Shown here piece after piece: positions 48,366-57,951 of a stretch of DNA of 64,000 nucleotides. This DNA is from an uncultured Bacillota bacterium. Its GTDB lineage: Bacteria; Bacillota_I; Bacilli_A; RFN20; CAG-826. The position numbers and the translations under genes were made by a program. The stretch covers positions 528,316-592,315 of the forward strand of contig CASEPN010000001.1 of NCBI GenBank assembly GCA_949289845.1, written 5' to 3'. Each line of letters begins with the position of its first letter. Within the stretch, counting starts at the first letter, position 1. Under the pieces are notes generated by a model. That model was not told where the DNA came from, made no database searches, and was given only the letters and a program-made list of their open reading frames with translations.

Positions 48366-48914
48366 ATCGCTTACTTCAATCCAAGGGACCAGAGAAGGCC
48401 GCAAAAGCGCGTCGACCCGATCAACGAGAACATCCGCTTCCCGGAGGTGCGCGTGATCTCGCCGGACGGGGAATCCCTGGGAGTCATGAGCTCCCGCGCC
48501 GCGCTCTCCCTCGCCCAGAGCTACAACCTCGACCTCTTCTGCATCGCGCCCCAGGGGAACCCCCCGGTGTGCAAGATCCTCGACTACGGGAAGTACCGCT
48601 TCGAGAAGCAGAAGTCCGACAGGGCCGCCAAGCGCGGGAACAAGGGGAACGAGCTAAGGCAGATCCAACTCTCCCCCTCGATCGGCCAACATGACATCGA
48701 GACCAAGGCGCGGAAGGCCCGCGAGCTCCTCGAGGACGGGAGCAAGGTCCAGGTGTGCGTCGTCTTCCGCGGGCGCCAGATGGCGCACAAGGAGATCGGC
48801 GAGGCCGTCCTCCAGCGCTTCTGGGAAGTGCTCCAGGACATCGGCCAGGTCGAGAAGCCTGCCTTCTGGGAAGGCAAATGGCTGAAGATGAACATCGGAC
48901 CGAAGAAGAAGTAG
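48366..48914 (+). CDS. infC: Translation initiation factor IF-3 (non-canonical ATC start)
   Basis: SD AGGAGG lies 9 nt before ATC 48366, in frame with INENIRFPEVRVI, PPVCKILDYGKYRFE and FRGRQ. Confidence 0.93.
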   Translation: MAYFNPRDQRRPQKRVDPINENIRFPEVRVISPDGESLGVMSSRAALSLAQSYNLDLFCIAPQGNPPVCKILDYGKYRFEKQKSDRAAKRGNKGNELRQIQLSPSIGQHDIETKARKARELLEDGSKVQVCVVFRGRQMAHKEIGEAVLQRFWEVLQDIGQVEKPAFWEGKWLKMNIGPKKK

Positions 48915-48931
48915 CGACAAGGAGAGAGAAC

Positions 48932-49126
48932 ATGGCAAAGATGAAATCCAGCCGGACCCTCGCCAAGAGGATCAAGGTCACCGGCACCGGCAAGCTGAAG
49001 CGGAAGAAGGCCTATATGGGCCACTTCGCCCCCAACAAGACCCGCAAGCAGCGGAAGCACCTCAGCAAGAGGACCCTCGTCCACGAGCGCGACATGCACC
49101 GCCTCGAGGGGATGTACAAGAAGTAG
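48932..49126 (+). CDS. rpmI: 50S ribosomal protein L35
   Basis: MAKMKSSRTLAKRIKVTGTGKLKR. Confidence 0.95.
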   Translation: MAKMKSSRTLAKRIKVTGTGKLKRKKAYMGHFAPNKTRKQRKHLSKRTLVHERDMHRLEGMYKK

Positions 49127-49135
49127 GAGAACGAT

Positions 49136-49507
49136 ATGCGCGTCAAGAACAGTGTCCAGACCAGGGCCCGCAGGAAAAGGATCCTGAAGTCCGCCGAGGG
49201 CTACTTCGGCTCCAAGCACCTCCTCTTCAAGACCGCCAAGGAGCAGGTCCTCCGCTCCTGGAGGTACAGCTACATCGGCCGCAAGCAGGAGAAGAGCAAC
49301 TTCCGCAAGCTCTGGATCCGCCGCATCAACGCGGCCTGCCACCAGAACGGCATCAGCTACAGCGCCTTCATGGGCGGCCTCGTCAAGGCCGGCGTCCTCA
49401 CCAAGGACGGGACGGGCATCAACCGCAAGATGCTCTCCGAGATCGCGATCCGCGACCCCGAGGCCTTCAAGGCCCTCGTCGAGAAGGCGAAGGCCGCCAG
49501 GGCCTAG
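49136..49507 (+). CDS. rplT: 50S ribosomal protein L20
   Basis: MRVK...RARRKRILK...GYFG...[12 protein letters not shown]...NRKMLSEIA. Confidence 0.97.
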   Translation: MRVKNSVQTRARRKRILKSAEGYFGSKHLLFKTAKEQVLRSWRYSYIGRKQEKSNFRKLWIRRINAACHQNGISYSAFMGGLVKAGVLTKDGTGINRKMLSEIAIRDPEAFKALVEKAKAARA

Positions 49508-49525
49508 GCCAGGAAGGCGATTGGG

Positions 49526-49556
49526 AAAGGGACCCGCTCCGGGCGGGTCCCTTTTT
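49526..49556. terminator. Intrinsic terminator after rplT (convergent with mgsA)
   Basis: AAAGGGACCCGC-TCCGG-GCGGGTCCCTTTTT. Confidence 0.85.
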
Positions 49557-49602
49557 CGTTATCCCTGCAAAGCAAGGGGATAATCTAAGGAAAGCGAGTT
49601 TC

Positions 49603-49977
49603 TTAGTCCTCGAGGAGAGGCGAATGGATGAGGTATTCCGCGCCGGTCTTAGTGGTGGCGATCGGGATGTCGTAGACCGCGGCGATCCTAAGAAGCGCCT
49701 TCACGTCCGGGTCGTGGGGCTGGCTCTCGAGAGGATCCCAGAAGAAGACGCAGACGTCGATCCTCCCCTCGGCGATGGCGGCCCCGATCTGCTGGTCCCC
49801 GCCCAGGGGGCCGGAAAGATAGGGATGGACCTTGAGCCCGGTCTCTTTCGAAACAAGCTTCGCGGTCGTGCCCGTCCCCGATAGCTCGTGGCGGGCCAGT
49901 ATCTCCTTGTTCTCGAAGGCCCAGGCGATCATCTCCGCCTTCTTGTGGTCATGCGCGATGAGGGCGATCCTTTTCAT
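49603..49977 (-). CDS. mgsA: Methylglyoxal synthase
   Basis: IALIAHDHKK, GTGTT, SGPLGGDQQIG, FFWDPL and PHDPDVKALLR. Confidence 0.95.
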   Translation of the reverse strand: MKRIALIAHDHKKAEMIAWAFENKEILARHELSGTGTTAKLVSKETGLKVHPYLSGPLGGDQQIGAAIAEGRIDVCVFFWDPLESQPHDPDVKALLRIAAVYDIPIATTKTGAEYLIHSPLLED

Positions 49978-51179
49978 TCCGTCTTCTCCTTCCCGAGAGG
50001 CACGAGCCTCCCTTCCTCGACCTTGTAGGAAGCGATGCCGTCCACCGCTTCCTGGATTTCCTTCATGAAGTCCCACTTCCCCTCGAAGAAGCGGCACTCC
50101 TCCCTCTTCGGCCGGGTCTTGGGCTTCTTCGGCTTGAAGATGGTGCAGCAGTCCTCGTAGGGCCGGATCGAGATCTCGTAGGTGCCGAGCTCCTTGGAAA
50201 GCTGGAGGATATCCGTCTTGTCCATCGCCAGGCATGGCCGAAGCACCGGGAGCGAGGTCACCTCGTTGATCGCACGGAGGGACTCGACCGTCTGGCTCGC
50301 GACCTGGCCGAGGGACTCCCCCGTGGCAAGGGCGGGGAAGCCCTTCCTCTCGGCGAACTCCGAGGCGATCCGCATCATCATCCTCCGGAGGAGGGTGATG
50401 CAGTAGGGCTCCGCGGCGTGCTCGTAAATCGAAAGCTGCACCTTCGTGAAGGGGACCACGTGGAGATGGACCTTCCCCTGGTAGGGAGCGAGGACATCGA
50501 GGATGTCCGCGAGCTTCTCCAGGACCGCCTCGCTCGTGTAGGGAGGGGCGGCGAAGTGGAGGAAGTCGAGGACGAGGCCCCTCCTCATGAGGAGGTAGCT
50601 CGCGACCGGGGAGTCAATCCCCCCGGAAAGAAGCATGAGCGCCCGTCCCCCGGAGCCGACAGGGTAGCCTCCGGCGCCCTTGTAGGTGCGGCAGGAGAGA
50701 TAGCATTCCTTCTCGCGGATCTCGACGAGGAGGGTCCTCTCGGGGTTATGGACGTCCACCTTCGCCCCTTTCCTGGCCCGGAGAATGGTCCCTCCGAGCG
50801 TCCTCGCGACCTCGTAGCCGGACAAGGGGTAGCTGTGGTCCGGCCGCCTGACCTCGACCTTGAAGGTCTTGAATTCCTCCCCCTCGATGGCCTTGAGGGC
50901 GGCTTCCTGGAGCTCCTCCAGGGATCTTCCCGAACGGAGGACGGGGGTGACCCGCTGGATCCCGGGGATCTTGAGGAGAAGGGAAAGGAGGGCGCCGAGG
51001 TCGGTTCCTTCTTCGACAGGGACGTAGGCGTGGGCGTTGTCCCCGCGCGCCTTGAGGTCTGGGAATGGATCCTTGAGGGCGCGGTTGACGTTCTGGACGA
51101 GGCGCTGGATGAAGGCCTTCTTGTTGAGGCCCTTCGTCGAGAGCTCGCCGTAGTGGAGCAGGAGGTGGGATACGTTCAT
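49974..51179 (-). CDS. thiI: tRNA 4-thiouridine synthase ThiI
   Basis: YGELSTKG, THUMP domain, LLSGGIDSPVA, TGESLGQVASQT and PYEDCC. Confidence 0.95.
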   Translation of the reverse strand: MNVSHLLLHYGELSTKGLNKKAFIQRLVQNVNRALKDPFPDLKARGDNAHAYVPVEEGTDLGALLSLLLKIPGIQRVTPVLRSGRSLEELQEAALKAIEGEEFKTFKVEVRRPDHSYPLSGYEVARTLGGTILRARKGAKVDVHNPERTLLVEIREKECYLSCRTYKGAGGYPVGSGGRALMLLSGGIDSPVASYLLMRRGLVLDFLHFAAPPYTSEAVLEKLADILDVLAPYQGKVHLHVVPFTKVQLSIYEHAAEPYCITLLRRMMMRIASEFAERKGFPALATGESLGQVASQTVESLRAINEVTSLPVLRPCLAMDKTDILQLSKELGTYEISIRPYEDCCTIFKPKKPKTRPKREECRFFEGKWDFMKEIQEAVDGIASYKVEEGRLVPLGKEKTE

Positions 51180-52318
51180 AGCGAGTCGATGGTCTCCTTC
51201 ATGATGTCCTCGAGGGCGGAGAGGAACTTCGGGGCGTCCTCCTCCTCGTTGAGGAGAGAGAAGCTGAGGCGGATGGCGTTCCTCGCCTCCTCCTCCTTCC
51301 TCCCCATCGCGAGGAGGACGTGGCTCGGGAGGTCCCTCCTGCTCGAGCAGGCGGAGGTCGTCGAGACGTAGATCCCCCGGAGGGAGAGGGCTTCCTCGAC
51401 GACGGACGCCTTCTTATGGCGGAGCGAGAAGTCGAGGAGGAAGGGGCTTCCATCCGCCGGGGAGTTCACGAGGAAGTCCTCGGGATGGGAAGAGAGGAAG
51501 CCGAGGATCCTCACCCGGATCGAGGAGACTCTGGCAATCGCCTCCTTCTCCTCGCCTTTCGCAAGCTCGAGCGCCTTCCATGAGGCGAGGGCGGAAGGGA
51601 CGTCGCTCGTCCCGGGGCGGAGCCCTTCCTCCTGCCCTCCCCCTTCCATGAGGGGCGAGGGACGGATGTCCTTCCGGAGGGCGAGGAAGCCCGCGCCCTT
51701 GGGGCCCCCGAACTTATGGGCGCTCATGGAGAGGAGGTCGGCGGTCCCATAGGGATAGGGAAGCCCCTTGAAGGCCCCCTGGGTGAAGTCGCTATGGAGG
51801 TAGCACTTGGGATGGCCCCGGAGGAGCGCGCGGACTTCCTTCAGGGGGGTGATGGCCCCGGTCTCGTTGTTGACCGCCATGAGGGAGACGAGGATCGTCC
51901 TATCGTCGAGGGCGGCCCCCAGGTCCTCGAGGCGGATCGTCCCCGTCGTCGCATCAAGCGGGAGAAGGACGACGTCGAAGCCTTCTTTCGCCAGGGCCTT
52001 GAGGGGCTCGAGGACGGACTCGTGCTCCCCGGAGGAGGAGATGATCCTCTTGCCCCGCGCAGCATAGGCGCGGGCGACGCCCTTGAGGGCGAGGTTGTTC
52101 GCCTCCGTCGCGCCCGAGAGGAAGAGGAGGCGGTGGGTCTTCTCCAGCTGGAGGAGCCGGAGGATGCCTTTTCTCGCGGATTCGAGGGAGCGGGCGCTCT
52201 CGCGCCCGAAGGCATGGGGGCTGTTCGCGTTCCCGAAGTGGGCGAGGGATTCCGAAAGATAGGCCTCCCCCGCCTCCTTCCGGAGGGGGAGGGTGGCGGC
52301 GCTGTCGAAATAGATCAC
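51176..52318 (-). CDS. iscS: Cysteine desulfurase (IscS/NifZ-like)
   Basis: GTG start (V)IYFDSAAT, SGATEANN, VNNETG, SAHKFGGPKG and STTSACSS. Confidence 0.92.
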   Translation of the reverse strand: MIYFDSAATLPLRKEAGEAYLSESLAHFGNANSPHAFGRESARSLESARKGILRLLQLEKTHRLLFLSGATEANNLALKGVARAYAARGKRIISSSGEHESVLEPLKALAKEGFDVVLLPLDATTGTIRLEDLGAALDDRTILVSLMAVNNETGAITPLKEVRALLRGHPKCYLHSDFTQGAFKGLPYPYGTADLLSMSAHKFGGPKGAGFLALRKDIRPSPLMEGGGQEEGLRPGTSDVPSALASWKALELAKGEEKEAIARVSSIRVRILGFLSSHPEDFLVNSPADGSPFLLDFSLRHKKASVVEEALSLRGIYVSTTSACSSRRDLPSHVLLAMGRKEEEARNAIRLSFSLLNEEEDAPKFLSALEDIMKETIDSL

Positions 52319-54057
52319 CGGGGGCCGCCCCTTCCTTCGCGGAAGAGGGCCTTCCCCTGGCTTTCCTCGATGAGGGCGATGGCGGCGGGGAACTCCCCCT
52401 TGCGGTAGAGGGCCTCGGCCTGGAGGAGGAGGTTCTCGATCTCGGGGCTGTCGCTCCGCCAGGCGTTGGCGAGGAGGAGCCTCGCCCCGCACTTCCTCTC
52501 GCCGTCGAAGAGCTCGCGGGCCTTCTGATGAAGGGCCCTCGCCCTCCTTTCCGCCTCGTCGCGGAGGGCGCTCGCCTTCCTTACGTCGATGGGCGGGTTC
52601 CTGAGGAGGGCCGAGAGCTCGTCGAGGAGCGCGTGGATCTCCTCGTCCTCCTTGATGAGGGGCTCGCGGAGCGGGACGAGCGGGAGCGCCTCGACGCGCC
52701 ACTCGCTTTCCTCGAGGAGGACGGAGGCCTCGTGGAGGAGGCGCGCGGCCCTCTCGCTGTCCTCCTTGAGGGAGGCGAGGTAGTCGTGGAAGTCGTGGAG
52801 GGCCTTCTCGGCCTCCTCTTCCTGGGCGACGAGCTGCTCCATCCGCTCGAGGAGGCTCCCGTAGGGCTGGCGCGGGACGCTGTGGACGCAGGTGTCGAGG
52901 ACCCGGCGGCTCGCAGCAGCCTGGCTCACGAGGTTCTGGATGTTGTTGATCTTGTCCTCTTCCTCCTGGCCGAGGAGGTAGATCGCGCGGACGCCCTGGA
53001 GGCTGTGGGAGAGGGAGATGAACTCCTTGGCGATCAGCTGCTCCCGGCGGTGGGCGCTTTCCACGCCGCCCTCGAACTTCCTTCTCGCCTCGATCTCGCC
53101 TTCCAGGCGCGCCTGGAACTCCTTGACGAGGCCCTCGAGGTGCTCGGCGTCCTCCTGGAGCCCCTGGAAGCCGAGGGAGACGAGGCGTTCCCTGAGGGCG
53201 TCGAGGCGCTCGTGGAGCTCCTTGATGTCGCGCTCCCCGGCGACCCCGTCCAGGGCGTAGTCCTCGGCCTTCATATGGCGGAAGAGGTCCTCGAGGTTCC
53301 CGAGCTTCTCCGGGAGGAGCCTCGTGATCTCGAGGGAAAGGGAAGGAAGGGTCGGGAGCGCCTTCCGGATGGCGTCGACGACGGGGTGGACTTCCTTCCG
53401 GAGCGTCTCCCCCGCGCTTTCGTAGTCGGCCCCCTCGACCTTCTCCTCGCATTCGGAAAGAAGGTCCTCGAGCCGGCGGAACACCGACTCGAAGGGCGGG
53501 ACGAGGAGGGCCATCGCCTCCTTCTGGCGGTAGAAGGACTGCTTGACGTCCCTGAGGGCGGCGCGGGCGTCGACGAGGAGGGCGCGGCATTCCTCCTCCC
53601 TCTCGAGTTTCTTCTGGAGCGCCTGGTAGAGCTCGTTCACCCCCGAGGCGTGCTCGGCGATGAGGCGGCGGCTCTCGGGAAGATCCCTCCTGAGGGCGCG
53701 GGCGTCGTGGCGCTCCCACTCCTCGCTCAGGAGGGCGGCGGCCTGGGCGGCCCTCTCATCCACGTTCTCGCGGAAGGAGCGGAGCTTCCTCTCCCATTCG
53801 CTCGCCTCCTCCTGGTAGTGGAGGTTCAGCTGGGCGATCCGCTGGAGGCGGGAGAAGTACTGGGCGACCTGGCCTTCGAGGATCGCGTGGTGCTTCTCAT
53901 AGGTCGCGCATAGCTCCTGGGCCTGCTTCCGGAGGCGGTAGTTCCGGAACCAGAGGAAATAGAGGAGCACGAGGGCGATCACCGCCAGGAGGGCGAGGAT
54001 CGCGATGAGGATGATGTCCCCCGTCTGGAGGGCTAGGACAGTGGCAAGGTTCTTCAC
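52315..54057 (-). CDS. ezrA: Septation ring formation regulator EzrA
   Basis: Single N-terminal TM plus a long coiled coil, in the conserved rpsD / ezrA-iscS-thiI context. Confidence 0.82.
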   Translation of the reverse strand: MKNLATVLALQTGDIILIAILALLAVIALVLLYFLWFRNYRLRKQAQELCATYEKHHAILEGQVAQYFSRLQRIAQLNLHYQEEASEWERKLRSFRENVDERAAQAAALLSEEWERHDARALRRDLPESRRLIAEHASGVNELYQALQKKLEREEECRALLVDARAALRDVKQSFYRQKEAMALLVPPFESVFRRLEDLLSECEEKVEGADYESAGETLRKEVHPVVDAIRKALPTLPSLSLEITRLLPEKLGNLEDLFRHMKAEDYALDGVAGERDIKELHERLDALRERLVSLGFQGLQEDAEHLEGLVKEFQARLEGEIEARRKFEGGVESAHRREQLIAKEFISLSHSLQGVRAIYLLGQEEEDKINNIQNLVSQAAASRRVLDTCVHSVPRQPYGSLLERMEQLVAQEEEAEKALHDFHDYLASLKEDSERAARLLHEASVLLEESEWRVEALPLVPLREPLIKEDEEIHALLDELSALLRNPPIDVRKASALRDEAERRARALHQKARELFDGERKCGARLLLANAWRSDSPEIENLLLQAEALYRKGEFPAAIALIEESQGKALFREGRGGPR

Positions 54058-54228
54058 AGGCTAGATTGTATCATCCATGCGGGGGCGCGGGCATAGGCGC
54101 GAAGACGTTCGGAGTCATCCATCCGTTTCCGGGTTTCTTCGGTTTCCAAAACTCAGGTGCGGGCGGATTTCCTGGAAAGCCCGCCCGATGCGTTCGCTTT
54201 GCCGACTCATGTACATGGCATCGACAGG

Positions 54229-54400
54229 TTGACGAGCCGAGGGCGCGCGTGGATAATGCGCGAGCGCAAGGAGCAGGCCCCTCACGCCTCCGCCTGACGC
54301 CGTCCTGGAAATAAAGATCAGTAACCCGGTGCTCGCCGGGCGAAGGGACGGCACCCGGGAGGATGGGGAGGGCCCCTTGTTCTGGCGTGGACAGAAGGAG
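54229..54400 (+). promoter_or_regulatory. rpsD promoter and S4 autoregulatory leader (putative)
   Basis: TTGACG-17 nt-GATAAT (54229-54257) and a ~145-nt structured leader with GTAAC...GGGCGAAGG. Confidence 0.55.
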
Positions 54401-54409
54401 GAAAGAGAT

Positions 54410-55015
54410 ATGTCCAGATACACAGGTTCGACCTGGAAGAAGAGCCGCCGCTTCGGCTTCAGCATCCTCGGCACCGGGGATGAGACCAAGAGGCGTCCCT
54501 ATGGCCCCGGCCAGCACGGCCAGGACCGCAAGAGGAAGCCGAGCGAGTACGGCGCCCAGCTCCTCGAGAAGCAGAAGCTCCGCGAGCTCTACGGAGTGAA
54601 CGAGCGGCAGTTCCGCCGCCTCTTCACCCTCGCGAAGAAGGAGAAGACCGTCACCGGCCTCGCCTTCTTCCGCATCCTTGAGAGCAGGCTCGACAACCTC
54701 GTCTACCGCATGGGCTTCGCCCGCACGAGGAGGGCCGCGAGGCAGCTCGTCAACCACGGGCACGTGACCGTGAACGGGAAGAAGGTCGACATCCCGAGCT
54801 ACCTTTGCTCGGTGAACGACGTCGTCGCCATCAAGGACGGCGGATCCCTCAAGGTCGTCAAGGAGTCGCTCGAGGGCAAGCCCCAGATCGCGCCCTTCGT
54901 CACGATCGACCCCGAGAAGTTCCAGGGCGTCTTCGCCCGCCTCCCCGAGAGGAACGAGCTCCCCCGCGAGATCAACGAGTCCCAGATCATCGAGTACTAC
55001 AACCGCCTCATGTAG
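54410..55015 (+). CDS. rpsD: 30S ribosomal protein S4
   Basis: MSRYTG...PGQHG...SEYGAQLLEKQK...LESRLDNLVYRMGFA...ARQLVNHGH. Confidence 0.97.
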   Translation: MSRYTGSTWKKSRRFGFSILGTGDETKRRPYGPGQHGQDRKRKPSEYGAQLLEKQKLRELYGVNERQFRRLFTLAKKEKTVTGLAFFRILESRLDNLVYRMGFARTRRAARQLVNHGHVTVNGKKVDIPSYLCSVNDVVAIKDGGSLKVVKESLEGKPQIAPFVTIDPEKFQGVFARLPERNELPREINESQIIEYYNRLM

Positions 55016-55037
55016 TTCCCTATCCGGGAACAAGAAG

Positions 55038-55064
55038 AAAGGCCCGCGGGCACGCGGGTCTTTT
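55038..55064 (+). terminator. Intrinsic terminator after rpsD
   Basis: AAAGGCCCGCG-GGCA-CGCGGGTCTTTT. Confidence 0.75.
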
Positions 55065-55126
55065 CCTTAATTCCTTGCAGTTCCCACCTCTTCGGAGGGT
55101 TTTACAGCGAGAGTAGAATCAAACCC

Positions 55127-56278
55127 ATGAGAAGCCAGGTCCGAAAGATGGCGGAAGCCGCCCTCCTCCTCGCCCTCGGGATCCTCCTCCCGATGGCCTT
55201 CCACGGGATCCCGAACGCCGGGCAGGTATTCCTTCCCATGCACATCCCCGCGCTCATCGCGGGATTCATGCTCGGGCCCCTCTGGGGGCTCTTCGTAGGG
55301 GCGATGTCCCCTCTATTGAGCTCGCTCCTCACCGGGATGCCCGCGCTGGCAATGATGCCGGGGATGGTGCTCGAGATCGGGCTCTACGGCTTCTTCTCCG
55401 GGGTCTTCTACAAGGTGATCAAGACGAAGGTATATCTTCTGGACATATACCTGACCCTCGTCCTCGCCCTCCTCATCGGGAAATGCGGGAAGGGGATCTA
55501 CGACCTCGCCCTTTATACGGGAAGGGGGGACGCCTATGGCTTCGCCCTCTTCTTCACGACCTACTTCGTCACCGCCTGGCCGGGGCTCCTCATCCAGTTC
55601 ACCCTGGTGCCAGCGCTTCTTGCCGCCCTCACGGAGACGGGGTTCCTAAGGAGCGAGGACCGCTCCTTCCTTCCTTATCTCGAAGGGAAGGCGCTTGCAA
55701 GAAGAGAGGCCGAATACTTCAACGGGGCGGCCCTTTCCTATCCCGAGAAGACGACCGCCCAGAAAGCGGAGATCATGCGCCTTCTTGAGAAATGCGCCCT
55801 CCGGAAGGAGGAGCGGATCCTCGAGGTCGGATGCGGGGACGGGGCATTGGCGAGAATCCTCCTCGCTCAAGGCTACGATGTCCATGCGATCGACGTCTCC
55901 CTCCGCATGGTCGAAAGGGCGCGGGCGAAGGATCCCGGGAACATGGATCGCTACGAGGTCAAAGACTTCCTTTCCTTCGAAGACAAGGAGCCCTACGACG
56001 TCATCGTCCTCCTCGACTCCTACCCCCACTTCCTCGACACCCGGGCGTTCAGAAGGAAAGCGAAGGACCTCCTCCGGGAGAACGGACGCCTTTTGATCCT
56101 CCAGGACCGTCCGCGGGACGAGCTGAACGTCATCCTCGAAGGCAAGGACAAGGCGCGGCTATCCAGGCCCCTCCTCTCTCCCGGGAGGGAGTGGACGAGG
56201 CTCTGGCTTTCCTTCCGGAAGGAAAAGGTCAGCAAAGAGGACGGGAAGGGTTATCTCCTCGCCCTCCGGAGAAGGTAG
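55127..56278 (+). CDS. ECF transporter S-component fused to a class I SAM-dependent methyltransferase
   Basis: N-terminal LLPMAFH, FLPMHIP, LGPLWG, LTGMP and PGLLIQ (ECF-S); C-terminal ILEVGCGDG, AIDVSLRMV and YDVI...SYPHF. Confidence 0.8.
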   Translation: MRSQVRKMAEAALLLALGILLPMAFHGIPNAGQVFLPMHIPALIAGFMLGPLWGLFVGAMSPLLSSLLTGMPALAMMPGMVLEIGLYGFFSGVFYKVIKTKVYLLDIYLTLVLALLIGKCGKGIYDLALYTGRGDAYGFALFFTTYFVTAWPGLLIQFTLVPALLAALTETGFLRSEDRSFLPYLEGKALARREAEYFNGAALSYPEKTTAQKAEIMRLLEKCALRKEERILEVGCGDGALARILLAQGYDVHAIDVSLRMVERARAKDPGNMDRYEVKDFLSFEDKEPYDVIVLLDSYPHFLDTRAFRRKAKDLLRENGRLLILQDRPRDELNVILEGKDKARLSRPLLSPGREWTRLWLSFRKEKVSKEDGKGYLLALRRR

Positions 56279-56285
56279 GCCTAAG

Positions 56286-56314
56286 GGAAAAGGCGCCCAG
56301 ACGGCGCCTTTTCC
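56286..56314. terminator. Bidirectional terminator
   Basis: GGAAAAGGCGCC-CAGAC-GGCGCCTTTTCC. Confidence 0.75.
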
Positions 56315-56357
56315 ATGCAGTTCCTTCATCTTTCGGAGGAAAACGAGCTTTAGAAGT

Positions 56358-57599
56358 CTAGTTCTCCCCTTCGTCCTGGGAGGCGATTTCCTCGTCGCAC
56401 CCGTGGCAGCGGTAGTGCTCGTCCTTCAGAAAGACCGCATCTTCCCCAAGTCGGAATGCTTTCTCCACGGCCTTCCTCGCGGTTGGCTCGGAAATAATGC
56501 AAGAATCCATGTAAACGAGGGTTTGGCCTGCCTCGAGGTCGTAGATGACGCGCCCTCTCGGCCAGTAGGAATAGTCGTCATGATCCAGGGCGGCCATGTA
56601 ACCTTTCAGTTGTAAAAGGCGGTATAGCTCCTCGTGGCCGATCCTCCCGTTTGCAAAGCGGTTCCCTTCTTCCGGCACAAAAGGCTCCTTAACCCGCAGG
56701 ATGCGGCCATAGATATAGAAGAAGGCTCCGACATCCGGAAGCTCGCTCTCCCCATAAAAGAGGCGCGCCTTGGGGTCACTAGCCTTGATATCCCTTCCAT
56801 AGAAGAGGAGGTCAGGAAACATATGGATCCCTAGATGGCCGACACGCTCATTAATCCTCATCGCAAGCAGCCTATAGTCCTGGCGGAAAGCATCGAGTCG
56901 CTTCCCTTTCAAAGGACAGACGACTTCCCCGAAATACATGTCTCCATCAAAGGAGGCTCTCGCGGACATCATTCCGAGAACGTGCGAGCAGATATGCTTT
57001 ATCCCTTCCAGGTATCGCGGAGACTGGCTGATGAAGTGATTCACGCCTTCCTTGTTGACGATGGTAAGCCCAGGAATGGAAGAGAGCCATTTCTCATAGA
57101 ACGGCATGTAGGAAGCGTTCTTGTCAGGGGAGGAACGATAGGTCGCGTAACGGTCGATGTACTCGGTGAACTTGCTTTCCAAATAGAGACGGACTTCATG
57201 CCTCTCCTCGTCTTTCCCTAGAAGCATCGCGTCTACGTTAGACATCGGCGACACATGATTGCTGTTCTCGTTCCCCAAAGGGAAGACGGAGTTCTTTTCT
57301 TCGAACTTCACTGAATCGACATAGAACGAAAAGCGTCCGTCCTCATCGGCCAGGTCCAATGTAGTCCCTGTCTTGTCGTAAAGATGAAGAAGGCAGCAAA
57401 GAACGGAGCTTTTCAGGGAAAGGATGTTCTTGAGTTCGTCTCCATCCCCAGAAATCACTTCTTGGAAGGCTGTTTCGAAAAGTCTAGCTTTGTTTTGGGG
57501 AATGCCAAATACCCGTTCAAGAGTTTTCTCAGGGGATTCTTTTTCCAGAGGGGCGAAGCCTACGGATACCTTGCCGCTTCCCCTGTACCTGAGCGCCAA
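56358..57599 (-). CDS. PD-(D/E)XK restriction-like nuclease domain fused to a small C-terminal domain ending HYRCHGC (lower GC)
   Basis: KFEEK, SNVDAML and YLESKFTEY; C-terminal YWPRGRVIYD...DEHYRCHGC. The start is uncertain. Confidence 0.6.
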   Translation of the reverse strand: MALRYRGSGKVSVGFAPLEKESPEKTLERVFGIPQNKARLFETAFQEVISGDGDELKNILSLKSSVLCCLLHLYDKTGTTLDLADEDGRFSFYVDSVKFEEKNSVFPLGNENSNHVSPMSNVDAMLLGKDEERHEVRLYLESKFTEYIDRYATYRSSPDKNASYMPFYEKWLSSIPGLTIVNKEGVNHFISQSPRYLEGIKHICSHVLGMMSARASFDGDMYFGEVVCPLKGKRLDAFRQDYRLLAMRINERVGHLGIHMFPDLLFYGRDIKASDPKARLFYGESELPDVGAFFYIYGRILRVKEPFVPEEGNRFANGRIGHEELYRLLQLKGYMAALDHDDYSYWPRGRVIYDLEAGQTLVYMDSCIISEPTARKAVEKAFRLGEDAVFLKDEHYRCHGCDEEIASQDEGEN

Positions 57600-57900
57600 G
57601 CATAGGCGCGATAACGGCCCATTTCCGGTAATAGTGGCGGCCCCTCTTCCGCCCTAGGGAATGAAGCAATGAGAGGGCATCCACATTGTCGTTCATATTT
57701 TCTTCCGTCTCCTTCCCTCCTATTTTCCAAAGGCCTGCAAACGAATTCCACATATGGTCATGCCTATGCCTACGGCAGAAATCGCTGGCCTTGGCTACAA
57801 CATATCCGAGTTAACGCGACAGTCGAACTCGGTGTTCTCACGTTGTTCTACTCCTCTTCTCGTACAGCCTTCATTCGCATGCGACTTTTGGATCTTCCCT

Positions 57901-57933
57901 AAAAAAGAAAAAGCCCAGCGAACCTCGCCGGGC
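57901..57933 (-). terminator. Intrinsic terminator after the large lipoprotein
   Basis: GCCCGGCGA...TCGCTGGGC followed by a long U-tract on the minus strand. Confidence 0.65.
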
Positions 57934-57951
57934 ATCAGGACGTTGGTTCCC

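Noticed and set aside
52319..53719. 847-aa IscS with a long N-terminal extension (similarly 648-aa NrnA, 494-aa ROK, 751-aa GlgB, 210-aa MgsA)
   Set aside because: The extensions are off-frame overlaps with the upstream gene or intergenic DNA. The true starts match family N-termini and stop/start overlaps.
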